Origin: Candidatus Omnitrophota bacterium
GTDB lineage: Bacteria; Omnitrophota; Gorgyraeia; S143-82
Length of the DNA: 64,000 bases
Direction: 5' to 3'
NCBI GenBank assembly: GCA_015494465.1
Contig: WGBD01000002.1
Coordinates: 3,683-67,682 of the forward strand
Both the position numbers and the translations under genes were made by a program. Positions 19,726-31,336 of the stretch are shown in pieces. The notes under the pieces were generated by a model. That model was not told where the DNA came from. It was given only the letters and a program-made list of their open reading frames with translations, and did not search any database. Positions within the stretch are counted from its first letter, which is position 1. Every line of letters begins with the position of its first letter.

Positions 19726-20729
19726 AGGATAGGTACGAATACATATTTGGTCCGGTCCTCTCGCGCAGGTTGGGCAGATCACTGGGAATAGATCTGCTGC
19801 CTTACAAGACCTGTTCCCTCAACTGCCTATATTGTGAATGCGGACCAACTACGAACCTCACCCTGGAGAGGAAGGAATATGTACCGACGAGAGAGGTGCT
19901 GCGGGAACTGGAGGAGTTCCTAAAACAAAACGACCTGCCCATAGAGGTGATAACCTTCTCGGGATCGGGTGAGCCTACACTCCACTCGGGTATCGGAGAG
20001 ATAATACACTGGATAAAGGGACACACTCCGTATCCGGTGTGCGTACTGACCAACGGGACCTTGCTGTATCGAAGTGATGTACAAAAGGATCTTTTACCTG
20101 CGGACATAGTAATCCCCTCCTTGGATGCGGGAGACGAGGAGACCTTTAGACGGATCAATCGGCCACATCCTGGACTATCTCTATCCCAATTGGTGGAGGG
20201 AATACGCACCTTCCGTCAAGCATTCAGGGGAAACATGCCCTTGGAGGTCTTCGTCCTGCCCGGGATCAACGACTCCTGGGAGTCCGTAAAGAAATTGGGA
20301 GAGAGAATAAGATACATAAAACCAGATACGGTCCAACTGAACAGCCTCGATCGTCCGGGCACCGAACCAGATCTAAAACCCGAACCCATAGAGGCACTAC
20401 GGGACATCAAGGTGGCGTTGGAAAGTCAGACCGGGATACCGGTGCACATCGTCGTATCTCAACCCAAACAACACCGGCTCAAAACCACAGTCTCCCCCTC
20501 CCTCCGGGGCAAGATCCTATCCCTCATCCGCCGAAGGCCTTCTACCCTGGATCAGATATCCCGGGTCTTTCTCGTGGATCCAGAGACCGTAGAACAACTT
20601 TTGGAAGAACTGCAAGGGCAAGGATTGATTCGAAAGGTAGAGACAAACAGAGGCGAATTCTTCACTACAAAGGAAGGATGCAGCAAACGGTCCGGTGCAG
20701 AAAGAAACACGCAAACGACTTCCGAATAG
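19722..20729 (+). CDS. radical SAM protein (COG0731-like) with C-terminal winged helix
   Basis: FGPVLSRRLGRSLGID, CSLNCLYC, FSGSGEPTL. Confidence 0.88.
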   Translation: MKDRYEYIFGPVLSRRLGRSLGIDLLPYKTCSLNCLYCECGPTTNLTLERKEYVPTREVLRELEEFLKQNDLPIEVITFSGSGEPTLHSGIGEIIHWIKGHTPYPVCVLTNGTLLYRSDVQKDLLPADIVIPSLDAGDEETFRRINRPHPGLSLSQLVEGIRTFRQAFRGNMPLEVFVLPGINDSWESVKKLGERIRYIKPDTVQLNSLDRPGTEPDLKPEPIEALRDIKVALESQTGIPVHIVVSQPKQHRLKTTVSPSLRGKILSLIRRRPSTLDQISRVFLVDPETVEQLLEELQGQGLIRKVETNRGEFFTTKEGCSKRSGAERNTQTTSE

Positions 20730-20795
20730 TTATCCAGAAACTAATCGACGAAGCGCCCTAGTCTGATCTTCTCACAGCGAAAAGCTCTGCCCTAA

Positions 20796-21677
20796 TTACT
20801 CCACCTCCATCGAGACATCCACTGACGGGGCAGAGTGAGTGATCGCACCTACGGAGATGTAATCGGGCCGTAGGCGGGCGAGCTGACGGACCTTGGCAAG
20901 CGTCATCTTTCCGGATATCTCTATCTTCGCAGAAGGCAGGCTTTCGCGGATCATACCTATCGCCTTCTCCATCTGGCCCGGTCCCATGTTGTCCAGCATT
21001 ATTATGTCCGGGCGGGCCTCCAGGGCACCCTTTAACGAGACCAGGTCCTCTACTTCCACCTCTACCTTCACCTTTAACCGCTTCTCCTTCACGAAGGCCT
21101 TGGCCCTCTGGATCGCGATGGTGGTGGCCTTCCTCCGGGTCACTCCCATCTCCTTCATTATGGCCCGTATGTGGTTGTCCTTTATCAGAATCTGATCGTA
21201 AAGCCCCATGCGGTGATTAATCCCTCCTCCACACCTGACCGCATATCGCTCCAGGGCGCGCCAGCCGGGGGCAGTCTTGCGGGTATCGGCTATACGGGTC
21301 TTGCCCCCGCAGGCCTGAACGAATTCTGCGGTCAGGGCGGCTATCCCGGACAGACGGGAGATGAAGTTGAGAACTATCCTCTCCCCAGACAGGACGGAGC
21401 GAGCAGGGCCTGAGACCCTCGCAATCTCCTGCCCCTTAACCACAACCTCACCGTCGCGAGCCAACAACTGCACCTTCACCGACGGGGCTATAAGGGAATA
21501 GGTCAGTTTTATCGCATCTATCCCGCACAAGACGAACCTTTCTCTGGCTATCACCTTGGCAACCACGCGAGACTTTTCAGGAAGCACCGCGAGCGAAGTG
21601 ATGTCACCGGAACCGATGTCCTCTTCTATGGCAAGGGATATGAGCCTGAGGTAGGATTCCTTAACCCTTGAGACCAT
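20796..21677 (-). CDS. nadC: nicotinate-nucleotide pyrophosphorylase
   Basis: [37 protein letters not shown]. Confidence 0.95.
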   Translation of the reverse strand: MVSRVKESYLRLISLAIEEDIGSGDITSLAVLPEKSRVVAKVIARERFVLCGIDAIKLTYSLIAPSVKVQLLARDGEVVVKGQEIARVSGPARSVLSGERIVLNFISRLSGIAALTAEFVQACGGKTRIADTRKTAPGWRALERYAVRCGGGINHRMGLYDQILIKDNHIRAIMKEMGVTRRKATTIAIQRAKAFVKEKRLKVKVEVEVEDLVSLKGALEARPDIIMLDNMGPGQMEKAIGMIRESLPSAKIEISGKMTLAKVRQLARLRPDYISVGAITHSAPSVDVSMEVE

Positions 21678-24342
21678 TGCGCAAGGCCTCCAATCTCTTC
21701 AAGGTATCTTTGAGATCTTCCAACTTCCTCTTCTCTCCCTCTACCACCTGGGCGGGGGCGCGTTTAAGGAAGTTCTCGTTAGACAAAAGGCGCTCCTTCT
21801 TCTCTATCGCATCCCGGCTCTGGCGGATCTGCTCTTCTATCCGCCTGAGTTCCTGATCCACATCTATCAACCCTTCCAGTATCAGGTAGGTCTCAACCCC
21901 GGGCAGTACTCCTGCCAACGCCTGGCGGGGTCTCTCCTTCAGGAAGGTCTCTATCTCTATCTTTCCCAATCTCGCCAAGAACCTTACCGTCTCTTTTTGT
22001 TGCTCGAACAGAACCGCCCACCTCTCCGTCACCACGACGAGATCCGGTCTATCTGCGGGTTTGAGCCCTACCTCTGCCCGCTGGTTGCGAAGGAGGGCAA
22101 TCAAGGACTTCACCTGCTCAAATTCCTCCTCCGCCTCTTCGTCCAACCTGCCCGCCTTCCGGGGATAGTCTGCCCTCATTACCGTCTCGTAAGGCAAGGC
22201 AAACCTCTCCTTCAGGAGTTGATATATCTCCTCGGTGATGAAGGGCATAAACGGATGTAATAACCGCAGAAAGACCTCCAATACATAGGCCAAGATCCTC
22301 TCCTGATTGCGCTGGACCTCTTCGGGTTTTCCCTCGCTTATCTTGGTCACCTCCAGATACCAGTCGCAGAACTGGTGCCAGAAGAAGTCGTATATGTTGT
22401 TGGCGGCCTCGTTAAATCGATAATTAGCCAGAGAGCGGTTTACCCCCTCCACCAACCTGTGCAGGCGGGAGAGTATCCACCTGTCTTCCAAGAGCAAGAG
22501 GTCTTCTATCCAATTCAGGTCCTTTACCGCCTCGTCCAGTCGGCTCAATATGTACCTGCTGGCATTCCATATCTTGTTGGTGAAGTTCCGTCCCAGTTCA
22601 AACTTGCTCCGGGACAGGTACACATCCTGCCCTACCGCAGTGATGGAGATCAGACTGAAGCGGAGGGCATCTGCGCCCATCTCCTCTATTATCTCCAAGG
22701 GATCTATGATGTTCCCCAAGGACTTGGACATCTTTCGGCCGGTGTCGTCTCGAACGGTCCCGTGCAGGTAGACATCTGAGAACGGGATCTCTCCCATGAA
22801 CTCCAATCCCGCCATTATCATCCGTGCCACCCAGAAGAAGAGTATCTCCGGCGCGGTGACGAGGGTGTTGGTTGGGTAGAAGTAATCGAGGTCCGCCTTC
22901 ACCTCGGGATCGTCCTTCGGCCAATAGAATGTAGCAAACGGCCACAGCCACGAGGAGAACCAGGTGTCCAAGACATCCTCATCCTGAACCAGGTTGGTGT
23001 TTCCGCAATTGGGGCAGGCCTTGGGATCCTTCATCTCCACGATCGGGGGACAATCGGTGCGCTCTCCGTCCTTTACGCAGTACCAGACGGGTATCCTGTG
23101 CCCCCACCATATCTGACGGGATATGCACCAGTCCTGTATGTTCTCCATCCAGTTGAGGTAGACCTTCGTCCAGCGGGAAGGGATGAATCTTATCTTCCCT
23201 TCCTTGACCACTTTAATCGCAGGCTCAGCGAGCGGTTTCATCTTTACGAACCACTGCCTTGAAAGATAGGGCTCTATCACGGTATCACAGCGATAACAAT
23301 GGCCGACATTGTGGACATAATCCTCCACCTTTTCCAAGAGGCCCTCTTTTTTCAGGTCCTCCACTATCTTCTTCCGGCACTCGAACCGATCCATACCCGC
23401 ATACGGGCCTGCCAGTTCGGTCATCCTTCCGTGGGAGTCTATCACTACCGGGGCCTCAAGATGGTGGCGTTTGCCCACCCAGAAGTCGTCGGGATCGTGG
23501 GCAGGCGTGATCTTCACCGCTCCGGTGCCGAATTCGGGATCTACATAGTCGTCAGCGATTATGGGTATCTCCCGCTTCAATACGGGCAAGATCGCCTTCT
23601 TGCCTACGAGGTCCTTGTACCGCTCGTCGTTTGGGTTTACCGCCACCGCGGTGTCACCGAGTATGGTCTCGGGTCGGGTGGTGGCGACGGTGATGAACCT
23701 GCCCTCTTCCCCTGCTATCGGATAGCGCACATAGTAAAGTTTTCCGGCGGTCTCTTTCTTGGGGGCCTCTTCGTCTGCAAGTGCGGTATGACAGCGGGGA
23801 CACCAATTGATTATGTAGTTGCCCTGATAGATAAGGCCCTTCTTGTAAAGGTGCACGAAGACATACCTGACCGCGTAAGAGTAATCCTCGTCCATCGTAA
23901 AGCGGGTGCGTCTCCAGTCGCAGGATGCCCCCAACCTCTTTAGCTGGCGGATTATGGTGGAGCCGTACTCCTCCTTCCACTTCCAGACCTCTTCCAAAAA
24001 CTTCTCCCTCCCGAGGTCCTGCCGCCTCAGGCCCTGTTTTGCCAGTTTGCGCTCTACCACATTCTGGGTGGCTATACCTGCGTGGTCGGTGCCGGGCATC
24101 CAAAGGGCGTTGTAACCGAGCATCCGGTGATAGCGAATCAGGATGTCCTGATAGGTGTTATTCAGGGCGTGGCCCATGTGAAGGATGCCGGTCACATTCG
24201 GCGGAGGTATCACGATGGTATAGGGCTTACGGGAGGGATCCCTGTCCGCGTTGAAGTAGCCCCGCTCCTCCCAGACCTTATACCAGCGGGACTCCACCTC
24301 CCCGGGACGATAACGCGAACTCATCTCCTTGGTGCCGGCCAT
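21661..24342 (-). CDS. valS: valine--tRNA ligase
   Basis: [25 protein letters not shown]; start re-placed at ATG 24342 just after the infB stop. Confidence 0.97.
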   Translation of the reverse strand: MAGTKEMSSRYRPGEVESRWYKVWEERGYFNADRDPSRKPYTIVIPPPNVTGILHMGHALNNTYQDILIRYHRMLGYNALWMPGTDHAGIATQNVVERKLAKQGLRRQDLGREKFLEEVWKWKEEYGSTIIRQLKRLGASCDWRRTRFTMDEDYSYAVRYVFVHLYKKGLIYQGNYIINWCPRCHTALADEEAPKKETAGKLYYVRYPIAGEEGRFITVATTRPETILGDTAVAVNPNDERYKDLVGKKAILPVLKREIPIIADDYVDPEFGTGAVKITPAHDPDDFWVGKRHHLEAPVVIDSHGRMTELAGPYAGMDRFECRKKIVEDLKKEGLLEKVEDYVHNVGHCYRCDTVIEPYLSRQWFVKMKPLAEPAIKVVKEGKIRFIPSRWTKVYLNWMENIQDWCISRQIWWGHRIPVWYCVKDGERTDCPPIVEMKDPKACPNCGNTNLVQDEDVLDTWFSSWLWPFATFYWPKDDPEVKADLDYFYPTNTLVTAPEILFFWVARMIMAGLEFMGEIPFSDVYLHGTVRDDTGRKMSKSLGNIIDPLEIIEEMGADALRFSLISITAVGQDVYLSRSKFELGRNFTNKIWNASRYILSRLDEAVKDLNWIEDLLLLEDRWILSRLHRLVEGVNRSLANYRFNEAANNIYDFFWHQFCDWYLEVTKISEGKPEEVQRNQERILAYVLEVFLRLLHPFMPFITEEIYQLLKERFALPYETVMRADYPRKAGRLDEEAEEEFEQVKSLIALLRNQRAEVGLKPADRPDLVVVTERWAVLFEQQKETVRFLARLGKIEIETFLKERPRQALAGVLPGVETYLILEGLIDVDQELRRIEEQIRQSRDAIEKKERLLSNENFLKRAPAQVVEGEKRKLEDLKDTLKRLEALRNGLKG

Positions 24343-24347
24343 AGATC

Positions 24348-26414
24348 TCACACCTTGAGTTTGCGCAGTATCTTCTCTTCCTGATAGCACTCTATTATGT
24401 CGCCCACCATTATCTGGGAAAAGCCGTCCAAGGCAATACCGCACTCGTAACCCTCTGCTACCTCCCGGACATCGTCCTTGAATCGCTTGAGCGAGGCTAT
24501 CTTCCCGCTCCAGACCTCCTGCCCGTTGCGGAGCAACTTGGCCTTGGCAGAGCGGACCACCTTGCCTTTCTTTACATAGCAACCGGCAACAGTCCCCGCC
24601 TTGGAGAGTTTAAAGACCTGACGGACCTCTGCGGTCCCTATCCACACATCCCTTATTACCGGCTCGAGCATGCCCTCAATGGCAGACTTGATCTGATCTA
24701 TCAACTCGTAGATTATCTTGTATATCCTGACATCGAGGCGCTTTTCCTCTATGTACTTCTTGGCCCGGTTATTTATGCCCACATTAAATCCGACGACGAT
24801 CGCCTTTGAGGCCTCCGCTAGCAGGACATCGGAGTGGCTCACCTCCCCAACGCCTGCGTGTATCACCTCCACCCGGACCTCGTCGTTGGAGAGCTTCTCC
24901 AGAGAGGCCCTTATCGCCTCCAGCGTCCCCTGCACATCGGCCTTTAATATGATGCGCAGGACCTTTTCCTCCTCCTTCTGCATCTGTTCGAATATATTCT
25001 CAAGACTTATCGGACGGGCGGTGGTCTGGGCCTTTTTCCTCTCCTTGCGCTCCTCGGATATCCGTCTAGCCTCCTTCTCCGAAGGCACCACGAAGAACAT
25101 ATCGCCTGCCTGAGGTACCTCCTCTATACCCAACACCTCACCTGCCTCTGAGGGAAGGAGTTCCTTTATCCTTTCACCCCTGTCGTTGGTTATGGACTTT
25201 ATCTTGCCGTAGGTATCCCCCACTATGATCGCATCCCCAACCCGCAATCTTCCGCTCTGCACCAACAAGGTGGCAACCACGCCCTTGAAGGGATGGAGCT
25301 GGGCCTCCAACACGACACCGTGTGCGGGCTTGTCGTAATTCGTCTTCAACTCCAGCATCTCACCTTCCAAGACCACCATCTCCAGCAGGTCGTCCACACC
25401 CTGCCCGGTCCTTGCGGACACCGGCACCATGATGGTCTTCCCGCCCCACTCCTCGGGCATAAGGCCGTGCTCCATCAACTGGCGTTTCACCCTGTCCACA
25501 TCCACGCCGGGTTTATCCACCTTGTTTATCGCCACCACGATGGGCACACCTGCTGCCTTGGCGTGATTTATCGCCTCAACGGTCTGGGGCATTACGCCGT
25601 CGTCAGCCGCCACCACCAATATCACTATGTCGGTCACATTCGCTCCTCTGGCCCGCATCGCAGTAAAGGCCTCGTGCCCGGGGGTGTCCAGGAAGGTGAG
25701 TTTACCGTATGGGGTCTGAACCACATAGGCCCCTATGTGCTGGGTGATACCACCGTATTCTTTGTCAGTGATGTTGCTCTTGCGGATGTAATCCAACAGA
25801 GAGGTCTTACCGTGGTCAACATGCCCCATAAGGGTCACCACTGGATGCCTTGGCCTGGGATTCTGTCTGGCGAGCTCCTCGTGTTCCAAGCGAATGCGCT
25901 CGTCCTCAGGGACTGGCTCCTTCAATATCACCCCATACCAACTACCTATCTCTTCGCCCAACTCTTTATCTATGGAACTGTTGATGTTTAAGACCATCTT
26001 CTTCGCCAAGGCCTTCATCAATATGTCCGCAGGTTTGACCCCTATGGCCTCGGCGAATTCTCTCAAGGATGTCGGTAGGCTGATCTCTACCTCTTTTATC
26101 TCGGAGAACTCCTCTTCTACCTTTGCCTCTTCCTTTTCCTCGGTTCTCTCCTCTTCCTGACCTCTCTCTTCCTTGGTTTCTCCCTCCACCCTCTCCTTGG
26201 CCTTTTCCTTCTTTTTCTTCTTCTTGGCGACCTCTTGAGGCGGAGGAGTCTCCTTCTTCTCTTTAGAAGGCAACTTCTCCTCTATCTGCTTTACCTGTTC
26301 CTCGGTCAGCGAGCTCATGTGGCTCTTGACCTCTATACCCACCTTTTCCCTGATGAAGTTCACCAGGGACTTACTGCTCACCCCGAGTTGTTTTGCCAGT
26401 TCGTAAACCCGCAT
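24348..26414 (-). CDS. infB: translation initiation factor IF-2
   Basis: [37 protein letters not shown]. Confidence 0.97.
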   Translation of the reverse strand: MRVYELAKQLGVSSKSLVNFIREKVGIEVKSHMSSLTEEQVKQIEEKLPSKEKKETPPPQEVAKKKKKKEKAKERVEGETKEERGQEEERTEEKEEAKVEEEFSEIKEVEISLPTSLREFAEAIGVKPADILMKALAKKMVLNINSSIDKELGEEIGSWYGVILKEPVPEDERIRLEHEELARQNPRPRHPVVTLMGHVDHGKTSLLDYIRKSNITDKEYGGITQHIGAYVVQTPYGKLTFLDTPGHEAFTAMRARGANVTDIVILVVAADDGVMPQTVEAINHAKAAGVPIVVAINKVDKPGVDVDRVKRQLMEHGLMPEEWGGKTIMVPVSARTGQGVDDLLEMVVLEGEMLELKTNYDKPAHGVVLEAQLHPFKGVVATLLVQSGRLRVGDAIIVGDTYGKIKSITNDRGERIKELLPSEAGEVLGIEEVPQAGDMFFVVPSEKEARRISEERKERKKAQTTARPISLENIFEQMQKEEEKVLRIILKADVQGTLEAIRASLEKLSNDEVRVEVIHAGVGEVSHSDVLLAEASKAIVVGFNVGINNRAKKYIEEKRLDVRIYKIIYELIDQIKSAIEGMLEPVIRDVWIGTAEVRQVFKLSKAGTVAGCYVKKGKVVRSAKAKLLRNGQEVWSGKIASLKRFKDDVREVAEGYECGIALDGFSQIMVGDIIECYQEEKILRKLKV

Positions 26415-26416
26415 CC

Positions 26417-27592
26417 TTATTCCTCATCTCCCTTCGCCAGATACTCTCTGGCCTTGTTGATAAGATTCTCCGCAATCTCTTTGTCTATGCCCTCAACCTC
26501 TATAAGGTCGTCCACCGACGCCATCGCCAAGGAATTCAGGTCGTTGAATCCCGCCTCTTTCAGGTTGTTTACCACATCCTGATCTACATCCTGCACCTCT
26601 AACAGTATCTTTTCCAGGGACTTGTCCGCCTCCTCGCTGGTCATCTGCGAGCCCTCTGCGGTGCGGATGTCCAGCTCCCAGCCGGTCAGCTTGGAGGCCA
26701 GGCGCACATTCTGTCCCCGTCTGCCTATCGCCAAAGAGAGTTGGGATTCGTCAACCAAGACCTCCGCGTGCTTCTTCTCCGCATCCAGTATCTTTACCTC
26801 CTCCACCTTAGCCGGTTTAAGGGCCTCCTTTATAAACTCTATTGGATCTTCGGACCAGCGCACTACATCTATCCTCTCTCCCTGAAGTTCGTTGACGATG
26901 TTCTTTATCCGGGTGCCCCGCATACCCACGCAGGCCCCCATAGGATCTATCTTGTCGTTGCTGGAGGCAACTGCTATCTTGGTGTGCTCACCTGCCTCCC
27001 TGACGATGCCCTTTATTATCACTATCCCATCCTTTATCTCCGGCACCTCCAACTCAAACAACTGCTTCACCAGATCGGGATGCCTGCGCGAAAGCAGAAG
27101 GACCGGACCCTTTGGTTCTCTGGTCACCGAAAGGAGTATCGCCTTTATCCTGTCACCCTGACGATAGTTGTCCCTAAAGGACTGCTCCCTGCGCGGCAGG
27201 ATCCCCTCCGCCTTGCCGACATCCACGATTATCTGCCTCCTGTCCACCTTGTATACCGTGCCACTTACGAGTTTGCCCACCAGATTCTGGAACTCCCTAA
27301 AGACGACATCCTTCTCCGCCTCCCTTATCTTCTGGATTATCACCTGGCGGGCGGTCTGGGCAGCGATCCTGCCCAACTCCGCAGCGGGGATCCTTTCTCC
27401 GTTTATCGTCACTATTATGTCCTTGTTCTCCTCGTCCACCCGGGCCTCTATCCCCTCGGCGCTCTTGAGCTGAAAGGCCTTCTTAGTAGCGCTGATAAGG
27501 GCAGACTCCAGCGCGGAGTAGAGGGTCTGCTTGTCTATCCCCTTGTCCATGCATATCTGGTTTATGATCATGAATATCTCTGCGTTGTTCAT
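26417..27592 (-). CDS. nusA: transcription termination/antitermination factor NusA
   Basis: GRIAAQTARQVI, S1/KH domains, AIGRRGQNVRLA. Confidence 0.97.
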   Translation of the reverse strand: MNNAEIFMIINQICMDKGIDKQTLYSALESALISATKKAFQLKSAEGIEARVDEENKDIIVTINGERIPAAELGRIAAQTARQVIIQKIREAEKDVVFREFQNLVGKLVSGTVYKVDRRQIIVDVGKAEGILPRREQSFRDNYRQGDRIKAILLSVTREPKGPVLLLSRRHPDLVKQLFELEVPEIKDGIVIIKGIVREAGEHTKIAVASSNDKIDPMGACVGMRGTRIKNIVNELQGERIDVVRWSEDPIEFIKEALKPAKVEEVKILDAEKKHAEVLVDESQLSLAIGRRGQNVRLASKLTGWELDIRTAEGSQMTSEEADKSLEKILLEVQDVDQDVVNNLKEAGFNDLNSLAMASVDDLIEVEGIDKEIAENLINKAREYLAKGDEE

Positions 27593-27597
27593 CTACA

Positions 27598-29238
27598 TCA
27601 CTCCTTTCCCTGCGACCATTTTTTGAAGTTCTCAGGGGTTAACACATCAGGAGAAGGTACGAAGACCTGGTTGTTCTCGAACAAGATCAATCCTGGTGTG
27701 GTGATGTTGAGCTCTTGAGTAAGGTTGGAGGAGCTCACCAACAGGTATCCCAACTCCCCGTTGTTGGTGACACAGGAGTTCACCTTCTCGGTATCGATCC
27801 CCAACCTCACCTCGCAGAAGTCGTCCTGGGCGTAGCGATTCTCGTACCTACACAGGAGGTAATCCAGGTACTTATCCGGATGGTACTTCCGCACGCACAA
27901 TTGCCTCAACACCTCCGCTAGGTCGTTGGGGCCAAAGGGCGAGCTCCATACCCCATTGACCAAAGAGATCAGGTAGTGAAACCGAATCTTCCAATCCGCC
28001 ATCTCAGGGGAGTCCTTGAGTTTCTTCAGCTGAGCCAATATCTGATAGGTCTTCTCGTCTAGGATCCCCGCTATGAAAACATCCACCTTCCTGGGGATCA
28101 CCGGGCGGGAGATGTAGACCGACACCCCACTCACCTGGGGCTTTATCACATAGCCCAGATCCGTCTTCACCAGCATGTCCTCTATGTTATCAAAACCGGG
28201 GCTCTTTTTTATCCCTTCCGAGAGGACGAAAACCGGAAGCATGTCCGCCCCCAACTTTTTCAACCATTCCTGTCCCTTCGGATCATCAGCGTAGACGACC
28301 TTAAGCTCCAGACTCGGCACGAACCCCTTGATCCAATCGTATATCTCCTCTTCATTGCAAGATATGCAAGCCCGCGGTCTTATAACGGTCAAGGTGACCT
28401 TTTTTTCGTCATTTTTCTGCTGACAGCTACCGTTTATACACTTACCATCCAGACAATCTGCATCGCAAGTGCAGTCAGGAAGGCCCTTCAGCAAGGGAGC
28501 GGACGGATCCAGAAACGATATCACCTCCACCGTCCCAAAAGAGACCCCGTCTTCTCCCTTCTCCACCGAGACCTTGATCCCGCCTATGCCGTCCAAGGGT
28601 GGACACACGATCAACCTGCCATCGGAAAGGGGAGAATACCAGCCCTGGGCACCCGGGAGGAGGTAGGCCTTAGAAGGCACCAATAAGAGGTCTATCTCCT
28701 TGTGCACCTCCATGAGTTTGGGGCCAGCCTCCATAGGTAGATCTGGTCCCAGGGCACAGATCAAGACATCCACCTCGCCAATCTGCTTTAGGGCCTCTCC
28801 ATACCTCCTAGGATCTGCGCTCATGTCCTTATCTATAAACACGAATCCGATCTTGAGGCCCCCCTTCTCTATCTTCTTGGGTTTGAAGCTCTTACTGGAA
28901 TCGCTGATGTCCCATACCACATCGTAGCCCAAAGTTTCCCTAACGATTCGCCGATAGATGCGCGTCCTCTCTTGTTGTTGGGTCTTGGTGGCCTTGAGGA
29001 CATCACCTTTGCTCCCTGCCTGGATGTAACCGTACTCTACTAACAGAAGGCCTTTGCCCCCCTTGCGCAGGTAATCTATAACCTGGGCGCGGGCACAAGG
29101 CAAACAGAGCTTTTTCCCGTTGTTTATCAAGTAGATACGACTGTGGCTATTACCGGTGATAAGGATGTCCTCTGCCAACGAGGAAGAAACGATCCCCAGA
29201 AATATGCCAACCACCAGGGCAAGGATCCTGTAACCCAT
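27598..29238 (-). CDS. secreted Cys-rich protein with thioredoxin/DsbA-like C-terminal region
   Basis: Signal peptide; CLPC, CTCDADCLDGKCINGSC, CISC, RQLC...YLLC; GAGGAGG RBS before ATG 29238. Confidence 0.6.
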   Translation of the reverse strand: MGYRILALVVGIFLGIVSSSLAEDILITGNSHSRIYLINNGKKLCLPCARAQVIDYLRKGGKGLLLVEYGYIQAGSKGDVLKATKTQQQERTRIYRRIVRETLGYDVVWDISDSSKSFKPKKIEKGGLKIGFVFIDKDMSADPRRYGEALKQIGEVDVLICALGPDLPMEAGPKLMEVHKEIDLLLVPSKAYLLPGAQGWYSPLSDGRLIVCPPLDGIGGIKVSVEKGEDGVSFGTVEVISFLDPSAPLLKGLPDCTCDADCLDGKCINGSCQQKNDEKKVTLTVIRPRACISCNEEEIYDWIKGFVPSLELKVVYADDPKGQEWLKKLGADMLPVFVLSEGIKKSPGFDNIEDMLVKTDLGYVIKPQVSGVSVYISRPVIPRKVDVFIAGILDEKTYQILAQLKKLKDSPEMADWKIRFHYLISLVNGVWSSPFGPNDLAEVLRQLCVRKYHPDKYLDYLLCRYENRYAQDDFCEVRLGIDTEKVNSCVTNNGELGYLLVSSSNLTQELNITTPGLILFENNQVFVPSPDVLTPENFKKWSQGKE

Positions 29239-29251
29239 CTTAAACCTCCTC

Positions 29252-29290
29252 AAAATAAAAAATAGAGCGTGCCTTCACCAGCTGACGCTC
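29252..29290 (-). terminator. leader hairpin plus U-tract upstream of the nusA operon
   Basis: GAGCGT...ACGCTC stem followed by TATTTTTTATTTT on the minus strand. Confidence 0.55.
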
Positions 29291-29305
29291 CTAAATCGAA
29301 TTGGT

Positions 29306-29334
29306 ATTATAACCAAAAACTATTAGACCTTCAA
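29306..29334 (-). promoter_or_regulatory. sigma70 promoter
   Basis: TTGAAG-N17-TATAAT on the minus strand. Confidence 0.65.
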
Positions 29335-29982
29335 GGCCTTTATTCCCACAAACCCCCCTTCCCCATGGCCGGGCCTGATGTCGTCCAGGTGGGACATAGA
29401 GGAGAGATCGGTAGTAAATAAGGTCTGGAGGGTCTCTTTCACCTCAAATCCTGTTTTCCGGAGGAGATCCATCACCTCGTTTGCAGAAAAGAACCGGGCA
29501 TAGCGGTAAAATGGGCTCCTTGCCTTCTTCTCCAAGTACACCTGGCCCAAAGGGCTTGCCTTATCCACGATCCCCACCACCAAGATCCCTCCGGGCGCAA
29601 GGACCCGGTGTATCTGCCTGAGAACCCTCTCCGGATCCTCCACGAAGCATATAGTGACCATCAAAAGGGCATAATCAAAACTGCCGTCTCCAAAGGGCAG
29701 GTCGTGGGCATCCGCAACGATCGCCTCCACCCCCCGCTCCTTAGCCAGGGCAAGCATGCCCTCGGAGATGTCCACCCCGGTCTTAATCCCCAGAGGACCG
29801 GCGAACCTGCCCGTACCCACGCCAACCTCAAGGCCTCTACCCCCCTTCGGCAAGAGCCTGCGCAGGAGCTCCAGCTCGCTGAGGTAGGCCCAACGGTTCC
29901 GCTCAAACCACTCCTCGTACTCCCCAACCCGCAAATCAAAGACCTCTCTATTACCCTCCACAGTCACTCCTCCAAGAAACAC
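29323..29982 (-). CDS. class I SAM-dependent methyltransferase
   Basis: LEVGVGTGRF, GVDIS, LPF.DGSFD. Confidence 0.88.
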   Translation of the reverse strand: MFLGGVTVEGNREVFDLRVGEYEEWFERNRWAYLSELELLRRLLPKGGRGLEVGVGTGRFAGPLGIKTGVDISEGMLALAKERGVEAIVADAHDLPFGDGSFDYALLMVTICFVEDPERVLRQIHRVLAPGGILVVGIVDKASPLGQVYLEKKARSPFYRYARFFSANEVMDLLRKTGFEVKETLQTLFTTDLSSMSHLDDIRPGHGEGGFVGIKALKV

Positions 29983-29995
29983 TTCCTCAACCCAT

Positions 29996-31159
29996 TTAGG
30001 CTAGCTTCTCCTTAGCCAGCCACTTCCTATCCTTTGGATCTATCTCAGATAGGATCCCGACTATGCGCTTACCCGCATACCCATCACCGAAAGGATTGGG
30101 CAGATTTCGCACCCGCTCTCTATAGGACTCGTCAAAACAGGCCCTCTGCAAGGCCTTCGCTATTGCCTCCGCTTGATGCCCCACGAACTCCACATTTCCC
30201 GCATGAAATCTGCCAGTCTGCCTCTCACCTATATTTACCACAGGCAATTTATAGAACGGAGATTCCAAAATCCCCATGCTAGAGTTGCCCACTAACGCCC
30301 GCGCGTTTCTTAAAACATTTACGAAAATATTTTGAGAAAGATTCGGATAAAAGTGGATCAACCTGCCATCGTCAAATTCTTTTATTACCTCAATCATGTA
30401 CGAGGCTCCAGGATCTGTGTTGGGAAATATTCCCAATACCTTGAACCCCGTCTTCCGAGCAAACTCCTTAACCCCTTCCAAAGCCATTCGCATCTCCTCT
30501 CCGGCTTGTTCGTAAGACAACGAAAAGGGATGTTTTATAAACACGATGTACCCCTGAGGTTCTATATCCCACTTTAAGGCCTTTCTTACCTCCTCCCACG
30601 GCATATCGGGAACCTTACGAATACCATCCAAGGCGGGGTTTCCAACATTGAAGACCCGAAAAGGCTCCTCTCCCACCTTCAACAGATTCTCGGCCGATGG
30701 TTGAGAAGTAGCAAAGTGGAGATGCGCCAATTTCGACACCGCAAACCTTATCGGATCGTCATCAGTCAAAACAGAGGTATCTCCACCTGCGATGTGGGCT
30801 ACTATTACCTTCATATAATTACCTACCAAGGCAGTAGCAATGGACTCCTCTCTATCACCTACCACCAGGAGAAAATCCGGCGACATTCTTTCTACAGTTT
30901 GGGATAATCCTAACAACAACAGGCCAACGCCTTTCACCCTCTGCGTAGATCTATCCGTCATCAACAGGGAATCCACCTTATCCCAGATAGGGAACCCGTC
31001 TTCTATAACTGATTTCAATGTAAACCCGTGCCAAGTTGAAAGGTGGGCCCCACTGCACACAACACCAACCTCAAAGCCGGCATCCCTCAATTCCTGGAGC
31101 ACGGGACGGAGTATGTAGTATTCAGAGCGTATCCCAGTAACCGCAAGGACCTTTTTCAT
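29996..31159 (-). CDS. neuC: hydrolysing (UDP/GDP)-N-acetylglucosamine 2-epimerase, NeuC/LegG family
   Basis: VTGIRSEY, GAHLS..HG, VGDREE, KLAHLHF, VGNSS, NIGERQ, FGDG. Confidence 0.85.
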   Translation of the reverse strand: MKKVLAVTGIRSEYYILRPVLQELRDAGFEVGVVCSGAHLSTWHGFTLKSVIEDGFPIWDKVDSLLMTDRSTQRVKGVGLLLLGLSQTVERMSPDFLLVVGDREESIATALVGNYMKVIVAHIAGGDTSVLTDDDPIRFAVSKLAHLHFATSQPSAENLLKVGEEPFRVFNVGNPALDGIRKVPDMPWEEVRKALKWDIEPQGYIVFIKHPFSLSYEQAGEEMRMALEGVKEFARKTGFKVLGIFPNTDPGASYMIEVIKEFDDGRLIHFYPNLSQNIFVNVLRNARALVGNSSMGILESPFYKLPVVNIGERQTGRFHAGNVEFVGHQAEAIAKALQRACFDESYRERVRNLPNPFGDGYAGKRIVGILSEIDPKDRKWLAKEKLA

Positions 31160-31220
31160 AATCCTGCCATTACCTCCTGATCAGACGGGTTTTGCTCTTA
31201 CACTTCTTTCTGCATATCCC

Positions 31221-31248
31221 TTGACATCCTCCAGCGATAAGATAGAAT
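31221..31248 (+). promoter_or_regulatory. stable-RNA-type sigma70 promoter for tRNA-Phe
   Basis: TTGACA-N16-TAGAAT ending 15 nt before the tRNA. Confidence 0.65.
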
Positions 31249-31263
31249 TGTATAAACTCTTCG

Positions 31264-31336
31264 GCCGGGATAGCTCAGGTGGTAGAGCGCAGGCCTGAAA
31301 AGCCTGGCGTCCCCAGTTCGACTCTGGGTCCCGGCA
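31264..31336 (+). tRNA. tRNA-Phe (GAA), CCA not encoded
   Basis: GCCGGGA TAGCTCAGGTGGTAGAGC G CAGGC CTGAAAA GCCTG GCGTC CCCAG TTCGACT CTGGG TCCCGGC A. Confidence 0.95.

Noticed and set aside
24343-24582. 80-aa N-terminal extension of ValS in the ORF track
   Set aside because: It overlaps the infB C-terminus in another frame; ATG 24342 gives a normal ValRS start
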